Below, piece after piece: positions 27,814-38,523 of a stretch of 64,000 bases of DNA. The stretch is from an uncultured Armatimonadetes bacterium (GTDB lineage: Bacteria > Armatimonadota > Hebobacteria > Hebobacterales > Hebobacteraceae), in the NCBI GenBank assembly GCA_963716175.1, contig OY970296.1, forward strand, positions 1,632,001 through 1,696,000, given 5' to 3'. Positions within the stretch are counted from its first letter, which is position 1, and each line of letters begins with the position of its first letter. A program made the translations under genes and the position numbers. The notes beneath the pieces are model-generated. The model was given only the letters and a program-made list of their open reading frames with translations, was not told where the DNA came from and made no database searches.

Positions 27814-29664
27814 CTACGTATAGCCTTCGCGGGGCGGCTCGTCGCCGGGCCTCAACCACTGCTTCACAGTCGCACGTTCGCCCAGCGCGGCGAGCAGTTG
27901 GGGCACATCGGTCAGCAGCGCCAGCCCCGGGACCCAAGCCGTGTAAGCGATCTGCCCGAGCAGGCCTGGAGCATCGCGCAGGGTCCGCGGCATGCCGTGC
28001 AGTACGATTGGGGCCAACCGCGGCTCCACGGAGGCGGCCAGCACCGCGATCAGGCTGGCCTCGCCGCCGAAGGCCACCACTTTGCTGACTGCCAGTCCCT
28101 CTCGCTGCAGCCAGTGGAAGGCGGCGAGGAGGTCGGTCACTCTCCCACCGGGTAGGGGCTGCCCGGCGAAGGCGAGGTAGTGGCTGGCGCGCTGATGCCA
28201 CAGGTCAGCATCGGGCGCGGTCTCTCCCTGGCCGCGCCAGTCGAAGGCAGCGACCGAGGCAGGGGCAGGGCCGAGCTGCTGGAGCGCGGCCTGTTTGCCC
28301 TTGTCAGCGATGGCGAGGACGAGGGGACGACGGCCGCGCCTTCGCATCAGCATTGGCAGCGCCGCGCCGTCGCCGGTCTGCAGCAGAATGCGGGACCAGT
28401 CCTCTTCCTCTCGCCGCACCAGGCAATGGGCCTGCACTGGCCTCGCGGCTCGGCCCAGCAGGTGGTTGAGCGCGGCCGCGTCTAGGCGCTTGGGGCGCGC
28501 CTCTCGCAGGCGGGCGCGATAGAGGTCGGCCACCGTGAGGAAGCGGCGCGGCCGCTTGGGCAGAGCGCGCAGCCGCGGGTCGGACAGGTCTATGTCGTCG
28601 CTCTCATCGCCTGGGCCGGCCATGTCGCCGGGCCGCTTCAGGGCCTGCTCGAAGAACCGGTAGACTCCCTCCCGGTAATCGGCGGGACAGGCATGGCCGC
28701 AGTAGTGCTCCTCGATGCTGCAGCGGCCGCGCGCGCCCAGGGCGCGATAGGCTGCCCTGGCCTCCTGCACCGCGCGACGCGCCCCAATGATCGGGAAGAG
28801 AGGATCGCGAACTCCCGCGAAGACGCGCAGGGGCTTGGGCGCGAAGGCGGCCAGCAGGTCGTGATACTCCACCCCGGCCGCCCCCAGCCACGGCACCGCC
28901 TCGCAGTGGCAATAGGCATCGGAGCCGGAGTTGGCATGCTCCCACACCAGACAGGGCGCGTTGCAGGGAGCCGCGGCGGCGGGCCGGCCATCGGCCGCGC
29001 AGAAGAAGACGGTCTGGTTTCCACCTCCGGAGCTGCCGGTCACGCCAATCCGGTTCTCATCCACGAAGGGCAGCTCCGCGAGATAGGTGAAAGCGGCCGA
29101 GTTGTCCTGCACCATGATGGCCTGCAGCGGAAGATCGGCGAGCACCGGATACCAGAGGGCGTGGCCGGTGCCCTTGCGCTCATCCGCCTCGGGGAAATCC
29201 ACGAACAGAGCCACGAAGCCCCGGCGTGCCAGCCCGCGGCAGCGGCGCGCGTAGACGAGGCCGGACTTGCCTTCATAGGAGTGGCCATGGACGTGCATCA
29301 CCGCGGGGGCGGGCCGGGTGAGGCCGTCCGGGAGATAGAGGTGGGCGGTGATATACCATCCGCTTCCTCTCTCTATGGCCAATGGCTGGATAGAGAAGCC
29401 ATCGAAGTGGACGGGCGGGCGCTCGGTCACCCGGGTGGGGCGTGCGGGCAGCGCGCGGGGCGGCAACCCCAGGGCGCGCTTGAGGGATTGCCGGACGGCT
29501 CGCAGCCGCGTGCGCACCTCATCCGCGGACTTGCCCTGGTAGGGATAGCGCGGGTGGCGCTCCATGGCCTGCCGCGCCAGCTCCTTGAGCAGCCCCGGGT
29601 AGGGGAGCGGCTTCGGTTGCTCTCCCGTTTCAGGTTCCTGCAAGAGACTCTTGATCTCGGGCAT
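27814..29664 (-). CDS. Acetylxylan esterase-like tandem alpha/beta hydrolase
   Basis: HVHGH, RIGVTGSSGGGNQT nucleophile, DWRGQGET. Start set at MPEIK after the RBS gaggg. Confidence 0.78.
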   Translation of the reverse strand: MPEIKSLLQEPETGEQPKPLPYPGLLKELARQAMERHPRYPYQGKSADEVRTRLRAVRQSLKRALGLPPRALPARPTRVTERPPVHFDGFSIQPLAIERGSGWYITAHLYLPDGLTRPAPAVMHVHGHSYEGKSGLVYARRCRGLARRGFVALFVDFPEADERKGTGHALWYPVLADLPLQAIMVQDNSAAFTYLAELPFVDENRIGVTGSSGGGNQTVFFCAADGRPAAAAPCNAPCLVWEHANSGSDAYCHCEAVPWLGAAGVEYHDLLAAFAPKPLRVFAGVRDPLFPIIGARRAVQEARAAYRALGARGRCSIEEHYCGHACPADYREGVYRFFEQALKRPGDMAGPGDESDDIDLSDPRLRALPKRPRRFLTVADLYRARLREARPKRLDAAALNHLLGRAARPVQAHCLVRREEEDWSRILLQTGDGAALPMLMRRRGRRPLVLAIADKGKQAALQQLGPAPASVAAFDWRGQGETAPDADLWHQRASHYLAFAGQPLPGGRVTDLLAAFHWLQREGLAVSKVVAFGGEASLIAVLAASVEPRLAPIVLHGMPRTLRDAPGLLGQIAYTAWVPGLALLTDVPQLLAALGERATVKQWLRPGDEPPREGYT

Positions 29665-29673
29665 GGCTTCCCT

Positions 29674-29706
29674 CGGCGGCGATGCCTGCGGCATGGCCGC
29701 CCTACA
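29674..29706. repeat. GTAG-type REP
   Basis: cggcggcgatg-cctgcgg-catggccgccctaca. Confidence 0.65.
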
Positions 29707-29785
29707 GCGCTGGACTGGGATGCGTGAACGGAGTGGTATTAGGCGCGACGGAGGCCGTCCCCTTTGGCGGATGGCAGGGAGCGGC

Positions 29786-29814
29786 TTGACGACGGTCGGG
29801 GGGTGCCCTAGTAT
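29786..29814 (+). promoter_or_regulatory. Sigma70 promoter, nearly leaderless start
   Basis: TTGACG-N17-TAGTAT; ATG at 29823. Confidence 0.55.
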
Positions 29815-29822
29815 GGCGGGAA

Positions 29823-31233
29823 ATGGCGGGGGCATCGGCGGTAGATCAGGCGGTGGAGAGACGGCGGGCGTGGCTGATCGGGCTCGCCTTGCTCTGCGCC
29901 TACGGCTTTTTCTTCTACCGCGGCGGGAACTGGAATGTCGAGGCGCGCAACGCGCAGATCGTGTCGCTGGCCGAGGACCAGACTCTGGCGATTGACCCCT
30001 ATGAGCGCTGGACCGGTGACAAGGCCTACTATCAGGGCCATTACTACAGCGACAAGCTGATCGGCCCCAGCCTGGTGGCGGTGCCGTTTTACCTGGCTAG
30101 CAACCGATTGCTGTCGGCGGCGGGAGTGAGGCCGCAGTTGGCGCTGATGCTGGCCCTGCGCATCGCTAACGTGTTCGCCAATGCCGTTCCCTCGGCCCTG
30201 ATAGGCGGGCTGCTCTACCTCTTCCTCTCCGAGCTGGGGCTGGCCGCGAAGCTGCGGATCTGGCTGGCCTTCGCTTACGGGTTCGGGACGCTGGCGCTGC
30301 CCTACTCCACCGCGCTCTTCGGTCACCAATTCGGCGCGGTCTGCGCATTCGGCTGCTTCCTGCTTCTCTGGCGGCAGCGGGAGGTCTGGTCGGCGAGGCG
30401 AGCCGTGGCGGCTGGACTGCTCGCCGGGCTGGGAGCTATCTCTGACTTCACCACTATGCTGATCGCCTGCTTCCTGGGACTCTATGCCATCTGGCGGTCG
30501 CGCGGTCAGCCGGGCGACGCGCCCGGAATGGCCACGGTAGTGACGCGGGTGCTGCTCTTCGCCCTGCTGGCAGCGGTGCCGGTCTCGCTCCAGTTGAGCG
30601 CCAACTGGTCGAGTTTCGGGAGCCCGTTCGTGTTCCCCCACATCCACCACGTTCAGCCGAGCTTCCGGGCCCGGCACGCCGCCGGGCTGCTGGGGGTGCA
30701 TCTCCCGCAGCTCTATCCGCTCTACCAGCTCACGGTGGGCTCGTGGCGAGGGCTGTTCTACGCCAGCCCTGTGCTGCTGCTGGCCCTCCCGGGGTTTTTC
30801 CTGCTAGGCCGGGGACGGCGGGCGGAGGCGGCGCTGATCGCGGTGAGCTGGCTGGGGGTGCTGCTGATGAACGCGGGGTACGAGAACTGGACTGCGGGCA
30901 GCGCCTACGGTCCTCGCTACCAGATTCCGGCCATTCCATTTCCTGGTCTTCGCGGCGGCCCCGGCGGCGCAGCGCTGGCCGTTCCTGTTCAAAGTGCTGG
31001 CCACGATCTCGATCGCGTTCACCGTGATCGTGACCGCGCAGAGCCCGTTCGTGCCGGAAACGTTGCAGAACCCGCTGGGGGAGGCGCTGGCCGCGTTCTC
31101 CGTAGGCAACCTGCTGAACGGGAACCTGGGCAAGAGCATCGGCCTGCCGGGGATCTTCAGCTTGCTGCCGCTGGCTGCGGTGGAGGCGGCGTTTCTGTAC
31201 GCGCTTTCCGGGATGTCGGCGCGGGAGCAATGA
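29823..31233 (+). CDS. Polytopic membrane protein (GT-C glycosyltransferase-like), frameshift at about 30940
   Basis: TGDKAYYQGHYYSDK, RGLFYASP, YGPRY; many TM helices; the C-terminus continues in ORF 30994..31233. Confidence 0.65.
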
Positions 31234-31254
31234 GAGTACCGAGAGGAGGATGAG

Positions 31255-34200
31255 GTGCGAGCAGATGAGCGGCGCCGAAAGCAGGCGCCACCCAAGTGGG
31301 ACATCGTCTACACTCGCGGGCTGGTGACCCCCCATGTGAAATGGGCCGACCCCTATGCCAAGGGGCCGGTCCGCGCGTTCTTCATCTCCAGTGTGCACGA
31401 GGGCCGCACGGTGGTGGAGCTGATGCAGCGGCTCAGCCTGGAGGCGAGGGCGGTGAGCATTGACCCTCACTGGGATGTGAACCGGTGGTGCATTGACCGC
31501 TATCACGCTGACTTCGAGGATCGCGAGCCCAAGGACTACGCGCCCGTACATGAGACGCTGGAAGCGGAACTGGAGTCCGCGTGGCGCTACGACGTGCTGG
31601 TGATGCACAGCATCCTGGGCTGGAACCACCTCCCGGGCCGGGTGCGCGAGCTGATCCAAGCGCGGGTGAAGCGGGGGGAGGGCCTGGTCCTGGTGCATCC
31701 CCAGCTTGGGGAGGACGAGGCTGACAAGGGCTTGTGGGAGATGTCGCCGATCGTGGGGGTGGAGGCGACGAAGCTCACCGGCGCCGGGGCCGGGGTGGAG
31801 GAGGGATACCCGCAGGTGCCTCGCACCGCGATCTCGGGCGCGCCGTGGCGGAAGGTGGCCGATCACTTCATCGTGGACGGGATTCCGTTCGAGGCCCTCC
31901 CCTATCCCGCCCTGCGCCATTACCGCTATCGCCTCGGGAAAGGGGCGCAGGCGCTGGCGGCGGGGGAGGCGGGCGCGCCGGTGGTGGCGGTGAAGCAGTA
32001 CGGCCAGGGGCGGGTGGTGGGCCTGGCCTACCACAACTATGGTCTCTTCCCGGAGCTGGCGGCGAAGCGCGGGGAGCTGAACGAGAACTTCTGGGAGTAT
32101 CTGTTCAGCCTGCTGATGCGCGCCATGGTCTGGGCGGCGGGCAAGGAGCCGGAGGTGAGACTCCACGCCATCGAACCGTCCCGCCGCCGCTCCCTGGAGG
32201 GGCCGACGGGGACGGTCAGGCTTCGGCTGTCCAACGCCGGCCAGCCGGCGCGGGCGCGGGTGGCGGTAACTTTCCGCGACCATGAGCGCGTGGTGGAGGC
32301 GGAGACGGCGAGGGTGATCGTTGTCCCCCACGGGGAGGCGGAGGTGAGCTTCCCCTTGCCTGCGGGCGCGCCGGCGAGCGGCCAGCATTTCCTGGATGCG
32401 ATCGTGAGCGCGGCCGGGAGGAAGCAAGACTGGGGCACCGGGACCTACCAGGCGCGGCCGAGGGCCCGGGTGGTGAAGGTGACGCCGGAGGCGGAGGCGG
32501 TGGCCGCGGGGGACAGCCTGACCGGCCGGGTGCGGCTGGCCGGGGAAGTCCGCGGCCTGACGCTGGTGGCGGAGCTGTGGGACCTGAACGGGCGCTTGCT
32601 ATCCAGGCAAGAGAGCAAGGTGAGGGGCCGGGAGATGCGCTTTCGGCTGTCGTGCCTGGAGGCGCTGTCGAACCTGGGGTGGGTCAAGTGCCGCCTGCTG
32701 GATGGAGAGAGATTCGTGAGCGAGGGGAGAGCGCAGGTGGCGCTCACTGCACCCCGGCGCAAGTGGCAGGATTACGAGGTGGTGCTGCCGTGGCTGCATC
32801 ACGGGCTGTGGCCGTGGACGGAGGCGCTGGAAGGGCAGTATCGCCACGCGGGGATCACCAGCACTTCCGATCCCCAGTGGAACTTCCCGCTGACGGTCTC
32901 CATGCACCCACCGGGGTTTGGCATCTACTGGTTCCGCCGCCAGGCCTACCTGGAGCAGAAGAAGCGCTACGGCGAGACCAAAGATCGGAAGTACCTGGCG
33001 CGGGTGCCGTGCATGCACACGGATGAGTTCCGCAAGCCGGTGGCGCGGGCGCTGCGCCGGGGCATTCCGCCCATTCTGAAGTACAGCCCGCTGGCCTACT
33101 TCATCGCGGACGAGTCCTCCGTCACCTGCTATGAGGACGCGTTTGACCTGTGCTGGAGCGAGGCCACGCTGTCTGAGTTCCGGAAGTGGCTGCGGCGGCA
33201 GTATCGCACCCTGGAGGCCTTGAACGCGGAGTGGGGCACTCGCTATCGCACCTGGGAGCAGGTGATGCCGGCCACCTGGGAGGAGGCGCAGCGCAGGGGG
33301 AACCCGGCGCCCTGGGTGGATCATCGGCTCTTCATGAACCGCACCCTGGCCGCGGGGTTCGATTACGCGTGGCGGGTGGCGCAGCGGGTTGACCCGCGGG
33401 GCCTGGTGACGGTCTCGGGGACGCAACTGCCGGGATCGCACAATGGCTGCGACTGGTCGCAGATGGACAAGATCATCGAGTACCTCCAGCCCTATGATGT
33501 GGGCGGGCAGTTGGAGATGCACCGGTCGTTCAACCCGGAGATGATACTGACCGGGTTCACCGGCTACTCTCTCTTCGGGCCTCCCCTGGAGCATCAGGTC
33601 TGGCACCGGTTCTTCCACAGCCACCGGGGGGCCTCGATCTTCTGGGGCTACACGATACTCGACCCGGACCTGGGCCTCAGCCCGCAGGGCCGATCTCTGG
33701 CCAAGTCCTTCGGCGAGCTGCGGGGGGAGGGGATCTTCCGCGCCATCAGCGGGATGCGCCGCGCACACGACAGGATCGCGCTCCACTTCTCCATGGCGAG
33801 CGGGCACGTGTGGTGGATACAGGATGGGAAGCTGAGCTATCAGGGGATGGAGTACGGCCGGCGCAGCTCGCCCAGCTTCAGCCGCTTCATCCAGAATCGG
33901 GAGGGATGGACTGCGGCGCTGGAGGACATGGGGTATCAGTATGACTATGTGGCCTATGACGCGGTGGAGGAAGGCGCGCTGGCCGAGCGCGGCTTCAAGG
34001 CCCTGGTGCTGCCGGGTTCGATCGCGCTCTCGGAGAAGGAGGCGAGGCAGATTCGCGCCTTCGTCAAGGGCGGCGGGCTGCTGATCGCCGATGTCAAACC
34101 CGGGCAGACGGATGGGCATGGCAAGGGGCTGGCGCCAGGCGCGCTGGACGATGTCTTCGCCGCCGCTGGCTGTGGTAGGGGCAGGGCGGTGGTGCTGGAC

Positions 34201-34899
34201 CGGTGGTTCGACCAGTACGATGAGGCGCGCTGGGGACCGGAAGGAGACAAGCTGCGAGGGTTGGTGCTGGCCGAGCTGGAGAAGGCCAGGATCAGGCCGC
34301 GCGCGGTGGTGACAGGGAGGGATGGCCAGCATCCGCCGGCGGTCGAGCGGGTGAGCTGGCGGGGCGGGCGAGTGGAGGTGCTGGGCCTGTTGCGGGAGGC
34401 CAGTGGACGGCACCAGCTTCAGGCCGACGGAACGTTCAAGTACGAGATGAGCGAAGGGGCGAAGCCTGTGGAGCCGGTGCACGTGAGGCTGCCGCGGCGA
34501 GGGCACTGGTACGATCTGCGCGGCCACCGGCATCTGGGCGAGGTCGCGGAGATCAGAGCCAGCCTGAGGGGGGCGGACCCGAAGCTGTATGGGATGCTGC
34601 CCTACGAGGTGCGGGGCCTGGAAATGACGCTGATACCCGGCCGGAAGCGCGGGGAAACGGTGCGCTACCGGGTGCAGGTGAAGGCCAGGGCGGAGCGGCT
34701 GGTGAGGCATGTGGTGAAGATCGAGGTGTTCGGACCGGATGGCAAGAAGCCGCTGTACTGTCGTAATCTGGACGCCCGCGCTGGCGTGGGCGAGGGCGAG
34801 TTCCGGCTGGCGCTCAACGATGCCAGCGGGCGGTGGCGGCTGGTGGCGACGGAAGTGTTCTCGGGGGCGAGGGCGGAGAAGAGGTGGAGGGTCACATGA
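31255..34899 (+). CDS. Large GH42/beta-galactosidase-like domain protein
   Basis: FRKWLRRQYRTLEALNAEWGT, IADE, and a trimerization-like domain (GYQYDYV...ALVLP...FVKGGGLLIAD). Confidence 0.7.
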   Translation: MRADERRRKQAPPKWDIVYTRGLVTPHVKWADPYAKGPVRAFFISSVHEGRTVVELMQRLSLEARAVSIDPHWDVNRWCIDRYHADFEDREPKDYAPVHETLEAELESAWRYDVLVMHSILGWNHLPGRVRELIQARVKRGEGLVLVHPQLGEDEADKGLWEMSPIVGVEATKLTGAGAGVEEGYPQVPRTAISGAPWRKVADHFIVDGIPFEALPYPALRHYRYRLGKGAQALAAGEAGAPVVAVKQYGQGRVVGLAYHNYGLFPELAAKRGELNENFWEYLFSLLMRAMVWAAGKEPEVRLHAIEPSRRRSLEGPTGTVRLRLSNAGQPARARVAVTFRDHERVVEAETARVIVVPHGEAEVSFPLPAGAPASGQHFLDAIVSAAGRKQDWGTGTYQARPRARVVKVTPEAEAVAAGDSLTGRVRLAGEVRGLTLVAELWDLNGRLLSRQESKVRGREMRFRLSCLEALSNLGWVKCRLLDGERFVSEGRAQVALTAPRRKWQDYEVVLPWLHHGLWPWTEALEGQYRHAGITSTSDPQWNFPLTVSMHPPGFGIYWFRRQAYLEQKKRYGETKDRKYLARVPCMHTDEFRKPVARALRRGIPPILKYSPLAYFIADESSVTCYEDAFDLCWSEATLSEFRKWLRRQYRTLEALNAEWGTRYRTWEQVMPATWEEAQRRGNPAPWVDHRLFMNRTLAAGFDYAWRVAQRVDPRGLVTVSGTQLPGSHNGCDWSQMDKIIEYLQPYDVGGQLEMHRSFNPEMILTGFTGYSLFGPPLEHQVWHRFFHSHRGASIFWGYTILDPDLGLSPQGRSLAKSFGELRGEGIFRAISGMRRAHDRIALHFSMASGHVWWIQDGKLSYQGMEYGRRSSPSFSRFIQNREGWTAALEDMGYQYDYVAYDAVEEGALAERGFKALVLPGSIALSEKEARQIRAFVKGGGLLIADVKPGQTDGHGKGLAPGALDDVFAAAGCGRGRAVVLDRWFDQYDEARWGPEGDKLRGLVLAELEKARIRPRAVVTGRDGQHPPAVERVSWRGGRVEVLGLLREASGRHQLQADGTFKYEMSEGAKPVEPVHVRLPRRGHWYDLRGHRHLGEVAEIRASLRGADPKLYGMLPYEVRGLEMTLIPGRKRGETVRYRVQVKARAERLVRHVVKIEVFGPDGKKPLYCRNLDARAGVGEGEFRLALNDASGRWRLVATEVFSGARAEKRWRVT

Positions 34900-34900
34900 A

Positions 34901-34951
34901 CGGCGGGCATGCTTGGTTGCCTCCGGCGACCCGAGACATGCCCGCCCTACA
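34901..34951. repeat. GTAG-type REP with inserted hairpin
   Basis: cggcgggcatg-cttggttgcctccggcgacccgaga-catgcccgccctaca. Confidence 0.7.
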
Positions 34952-35012
34952 GAAGAGGGATCGAGTGTTGGGGTGAGAAGATAGGCGGAAACCTGGAGCT
35001 GAGGAGAGCACC

Positions 35013-35825
35013 ATGAAGATCGGGGCGATGACGACTTCGTTTCGCAAGCCATTTCAGGAGAGCCTGGAGGCGGCGGCCGCGTTGAAGGTGGACGGAGTGC
35101 AGATCTGGGCCACCAATCTGACGTACTACGATCCCGACCACGCGGTGGGGGAGCTGGATCCGGACCTGACCACGGAGGCCCAGAAGAAGGAACTGCTGGC
35201 CACGCTGAAGCGGCTGAACCTGGAGATAGCCGCGCTCTGCGGCGATCTGGGCCGGGGGTTCATCAAACCGGATCACATCGCCGAGGATGTGGCGAAGACC
35301 AAGCGCATGCTCGATTTCGCCAAATCGCTGGGAGTGAAGGTGCTGACCTCCCATATCGGCCGCATCCCGGATGACCCGAAGGACCCCGGGTACCGCACCG
35401 CGGCGGAGTCGCTGGAGGAGATCGGCGCGCATGGCGACAAGGTGGGTGTGTTCTTTGCCAGCGAGACCGGCCCGGAGGCCGGAGCGGCGCTGGCCGCGTT
35501 TCTGCGCGGGCTGAAAGCGAAGTCCATCAAGGTCAACTACGATCCTGCGAACATGGTGATGAGGGGATTCGACCCGGTGCAGGGCGCGTACGATCTGGCC
35601 GGTTTCATCGTCCACACTCACGCCAAGGATGGCATCGGGCCGGGGCCGAAGCGGGGAGAGGTGCCATTGGGCGAGGGCGAGGTCCCGTGGCCGCGGTACC
35701 TGAAGGCGCTGAAGGATATTGGCTATGACGGCTACCTCACCATCGAGCGGGAGGTCGGCGAGAACCCGGCGGCCGACATCACCACCGCGGCAAAGTTCCT
35801 GAGGCAGGAGTTGGGAAAGCTGTAG
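35013..35825 (+). CDS. Sugar phosphate isomerase/epimerase
   Basis: ASETGPE, NYDPAN, HTHAKD, GYDGYLTIERE. Confidence 0.9.
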   Translation: MKIGAMTTSFRKPFQESLEAAAALKVDGVQIWATNLTYYDPDHAVGELDPDLTTEAQKKELLATLKRLNLEIAALCGDLGRGFIKPDHIAEDVAKTKRMLDFAKSLGVKVLTSHIGRIPDDPKDPGYRTAAESLEEIGAHGDKVGVFFASETGPEAGAALAAFLRGLKAKSIKVNYDPANMVMRGFDPVQGAYDLAGFIVHTHAKDGIGPGPKRGEVPLGEGEVPWPRYLKALKDIGYDGYLTIEREVGENPAADITTAAKFLRQELGKL

Positions 35826-35829
35826 GGGC

Positions 35830-35900
35830 TGTAGGGCGGGGTCCCCTGACCCCGCCGGGCTCCTCTGTCATCCTTTGCTGCGCGCTCGCTCAGAATGACA
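35830..35900. repeat. GTAG-type REP plus a second palindrome family (tgtcatcct...cgctcagaatgaca)
   Basis: tgtagggcggggtc-ccct-gaccccgcc followed by tgtcat...atgaca. Confidence 0.55.
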
Positions 35901-35947
35901 GCCGCGGCGAGCCAGTCTTTGCGGTCATACCTCGGGCCGCCCCGCCG

Positions 35948-35976
35948 TTGACATGCCCCGCCCGGCCGGGTATGAT
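35948..35976 (+). promoter_or_regulatory. Sigma70 promoter of the rpmE-prfA operon
   Basis: TTGACA-N17-TATGAT. Confidence 0.8.
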
Positions 35977-36086
35977 AGCTGGTGGGTGGGGTGTGAGTGT
36001 TCCCAGGGCTGCGGCTATGCCGCAGCTTGCGCGGGGGTGGCGTCTTTTGTCGCGTGCGCCTTCGGCGCACGCCCAGGAGCTGAGCG

Positions 36087-36365
36087 ATGAAGGACAAGAT
36101 TCACCCCAAGTACGTGCCCGCGCGGGTGAGCTGCGCGTGCGGCAATAGCTTCGTGACTCGCGCCACCGTCCCGGAGATCCGGGTTGATATCTGCGCCAAC
36201 TGCCATCCTTTCTACACCGGACGGCAGAAGATCGTGGATACGGAGGGGCGGGTGGAGCGGTTCCAGCAGCGCTACGCGCGCTACGAGAGCAAAGTCAAGG
36301 AGGCCAAGGCCCGCCAGGCGAAGCCGGCCGCGCGGGCGAAGGCTCCGGCCGAACGCGCCGGCTAG
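36087..36365 (+). CDS. rpmE: 50S ribosomal protein L31 (zinc-binding type) with a basic tail
   Basis: [29 protein letters not shown]. Confidence 0.97.
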   Translation: MKDKIHPKYVPARVSCACGNSFVTRATVPEIRVDICANCHPFYTGRQKIVDTEGRVERFQQRYARYESKVKEAKARQAKPAARAKAPAERAG

Positions 36366-36383
36366 ATCGGGGGCGGCCGGCCG

Positions 36384-37346
36384 ATGGCCGACGAGCACGT
36401 GTCCCAAAGGGGCCAGGCCGTTAGCACGGGGGTAGGGAGTGCTCCTCCGCCGCAGGCGGAAGAGCACTTCTCATATGGGGGCCAGGCCGTGATCGAGGGG
36501 GTGATGATCCGGGGCCGCAAGGGGTATGCCACCGCGGTCCGGCTGGCGAGCGGGGAGATCGAGGTGGGGAAGCAGGCCTGGGAGCCCCTCGCCAGGCGCC
36601 ATCGGCTGCTCAGACTTCCCATCATCCGCGGCACCCCGGCTCTGATTGACGCAGTGCTGATCGGCTATCGCGCGCTGATCGCCTCGGCGGATGCGGCCTC
36701 GCGGGGAGAGGGGATAAAGCCGCCAAGCGCGTGGCACTACGCTCTCTCCATCGTGGTGGCGCTGGCGATTGCCATCGGGGGCTTCGTGCTCCTGCCCAGC
36801 GCAGTCATCCCGAGCGTACGGGAGCAATCTCTTGCCGCCATGCTTGGCAAGAACTTGCTGGAGGGCGCGATCCGGCTGATCGTGTTCGTGCTGTTCATCT
36901 ATGGGGCCTCGCTGATGCCGGACATGCGGCGGGTGTTCCAGTACCACGGGGCGGAGCACAAGGTGATCCACGCCTATGAGGGCACGGGGCGGTACAGTGT
37001 GGCGGAGGCGGCGTCCTATCGCACTCTCCACCAGCGCTGCGGCACGGCCTTCATCTTCATGGTCCTGTTCGTGGGCATCCTGGTGCATGCGCTGCTGGGG
37101 TGGCCTCCGCTGAAGTGGCGGCTGCTGTCGCGCCTGGTGGTGCTGCCCATCGTGGCCGGGATCGCCTATGAGCTGATCAAGCTGGCCGGGGCGCACAAGG
37201 AGTCGCGGCTGCTGGGGGCGCTGGTGGCGCCGGGGATGCTGCTGCAGAGGATCACCACGCGGCAGCCGACCGACGACCAGGTGGAGGTGGCGATTCGGGC
37301 CCTGGATGGGGCGCTGGAGTTGGACGGGGTGAAGGCGAGCGTGTGA
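36384..37346 (+). CDS. DUF1385 membrane protein
   Basis: [36 protein letters not shown]; typical rpmE-prfA context. Confidence 0.9.
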   Translation: MADEHVSQRGQAVSTGVGSAPPPQAEEHFSYGGQAVIEGVMIRGRKGYATAVRLASGEIEVGKQAWEPLARRHRLLRLPIIRGTPALIDAVLIGYRALIASADAASRGEGIKPPSAWHYALSIVVALAIAIGGFVLLPSAVIPSVREQSLAAMLGKNLLEGAIRLIVFVLFIYGASLMPDMRRVFQYHGAEHKVIHAYEGTGRYSVAEAASYRTLHQRCGTAFIFMVLFVGILVHALLGWPPLKWRLLSRLVVLPIVAGIAYELIKLAGAHKESRLLGALVAPGMLLQRITTRQPTDDQVEVAIRALDGALELDGVKASV

Positions 37347-37347
37347 G

Positions 37348-38430
37348 ATGCTGAATCCGAACTTGCGAGAGAAGCTGCCGGAGCTGTCCCACCAGTACGA
37401 CGAACTGGGGGAGCAGTTGGGCCGGCCGGAGGTGGTGTCCGATCCCCGGCGGAGGCGGGAGGTCGGCAAGGCGCGGGCGCGGCTGGAGCCAGTGGTGAAC
37501 TCCTTTCGGGAGCTGGTGCAGGTGGAGGGGGATATCGCGGAGGCGGAGGCCCTGCTGGCGGAGGAGAGCGACCCGGAGCTGGCGGAGGAGCTGGGCCGGC
37601 TGAGGCAGCGAGAGGTGGAGCTGGCCGCGCACCTGGAGGAGGAGTTGGCGCCCCGCGACCCCGACAATGACCGGGACTGCATCGTGGAAATCCGCGCCGG
37701 CACCGGAGGAGAGGAGGCGGCGCTCTTCGCCGGGGATCTGCTCAAGATGTATATGCGCTACGCCGAGCAGGCCGGATGGCAGGTGGAGCTGCTGAGCCGG
37801 AACCCCGGAGATATCGGTGGGTACAAAGAGGTGGTGCTCTCGCTGAAGGGGCGGCGGGCGTTCGGGCAGCTCAAGCACGAGCGGGGAGTGCACCGGGTGC
37901 AGCGGGTGCCGGTGACGGAAGCCTCGGGGCGGATTCACACCTCGGCCGCCACAGTGGCGGTGCTGCCGGAGGTGGAGGAGGTGGAGGTGGAGATGAACCC
38001 GGCCAATCTACATATTGATACGTACCGCTCGGCGGGCGCCGGCGGCCAGAACGTGCAGAAGAACGAAACCGCAGTCCGGATCACGCATAAGCCCACCGGC
38101 CTGGTGGTGGCCTGCCAGGACGAGCGCTCGCAGCTCCAGAACCGGGAGAAGGCGCTGCGAGTGCTGCGGGCGCGGCTGTACGAGATGGCGCGGGCCCAGC
38201 AGGAGGCGGAGATCGCGCAGGCGCGCCGCTCTCAGGTCGGGACCGGCGACCGCAGCGAGAAGATCCGCACCTACAACTATCCCCAGGGGCGGGTGACCGA
38301 CCACCGGCTGGGCCGGAGCTGGCACAACTTGGCTGCGATCATGGAGGGGGGCATTGGGCCTATCCTGGAGGCGCTGGCGGAGCAGGATCGGCTGCAGCGG
38401 ATGAGCAGGGCGGTGCCGGGAACGACGTAA
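37348..38430 (+). CDS. prfA: Peptide chain release factor 1
   Basis: [21 protein letters not shown] (PxT motif), [17 protein letters not shown]. Confidence 0.97.
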   Translation: MLNPNLREKLPELSHQYDELGEQLGRPEVVSDPRRRREVGKARARLEPVVNSFRELVQVEGDIAEAEALLAEESDPELAEELGRLRQREVELAAHLEEELAPRDPDNDRDCIVEIRAGTGGEEAALFAGDLLKMYMRYAEQAGWQVELLSRNPGDIGGYKEVVLSLKGRRAFGQLKHERGVHRVQRVPVTEASGRIHTSAATVAVLPEVEEVEVEMNPANLHIDTYRSAGAGGQNVQKNETAVRITHKPTGLVVACQDERSQLQNREKALRVLRARLYEMARAQQEAEIAQARRSQVGTGDRSEKIRTYNYPQGRVTDHRLGRSWHNLAAIMEGGIGPILEALAEQDRLQRMSRAVPGTT

Positions 38431-38438
38431 GGGCAATC

Positions 38439-38496
38439 CGCAGATTCCGCAGATTGCACAGATGGTGTTAGGGCGGGCCCATGCGGGCCCGCCCTA
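38439..38496. repeat. CGCAGAT tandem array followed by a REP-like palindrome
   Basis: cgcagattc cgcagattg cacagatg; ttagggcgggccc-atgc-gggcccgccctaa. Confidence 0.65.
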
Positions 38497-38523
38497 AAAG
38501 GTGGTGTGACGGGAGGTCGCGAC

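Noticed and set aside
32599-35052. Long antisense ORFs (817 aa here; also 30730-32427, 55250-56818 and others)
   Set aside because: These are shadow frames of high-GC genes with no motifs, lying opposite well-supported CDSs.
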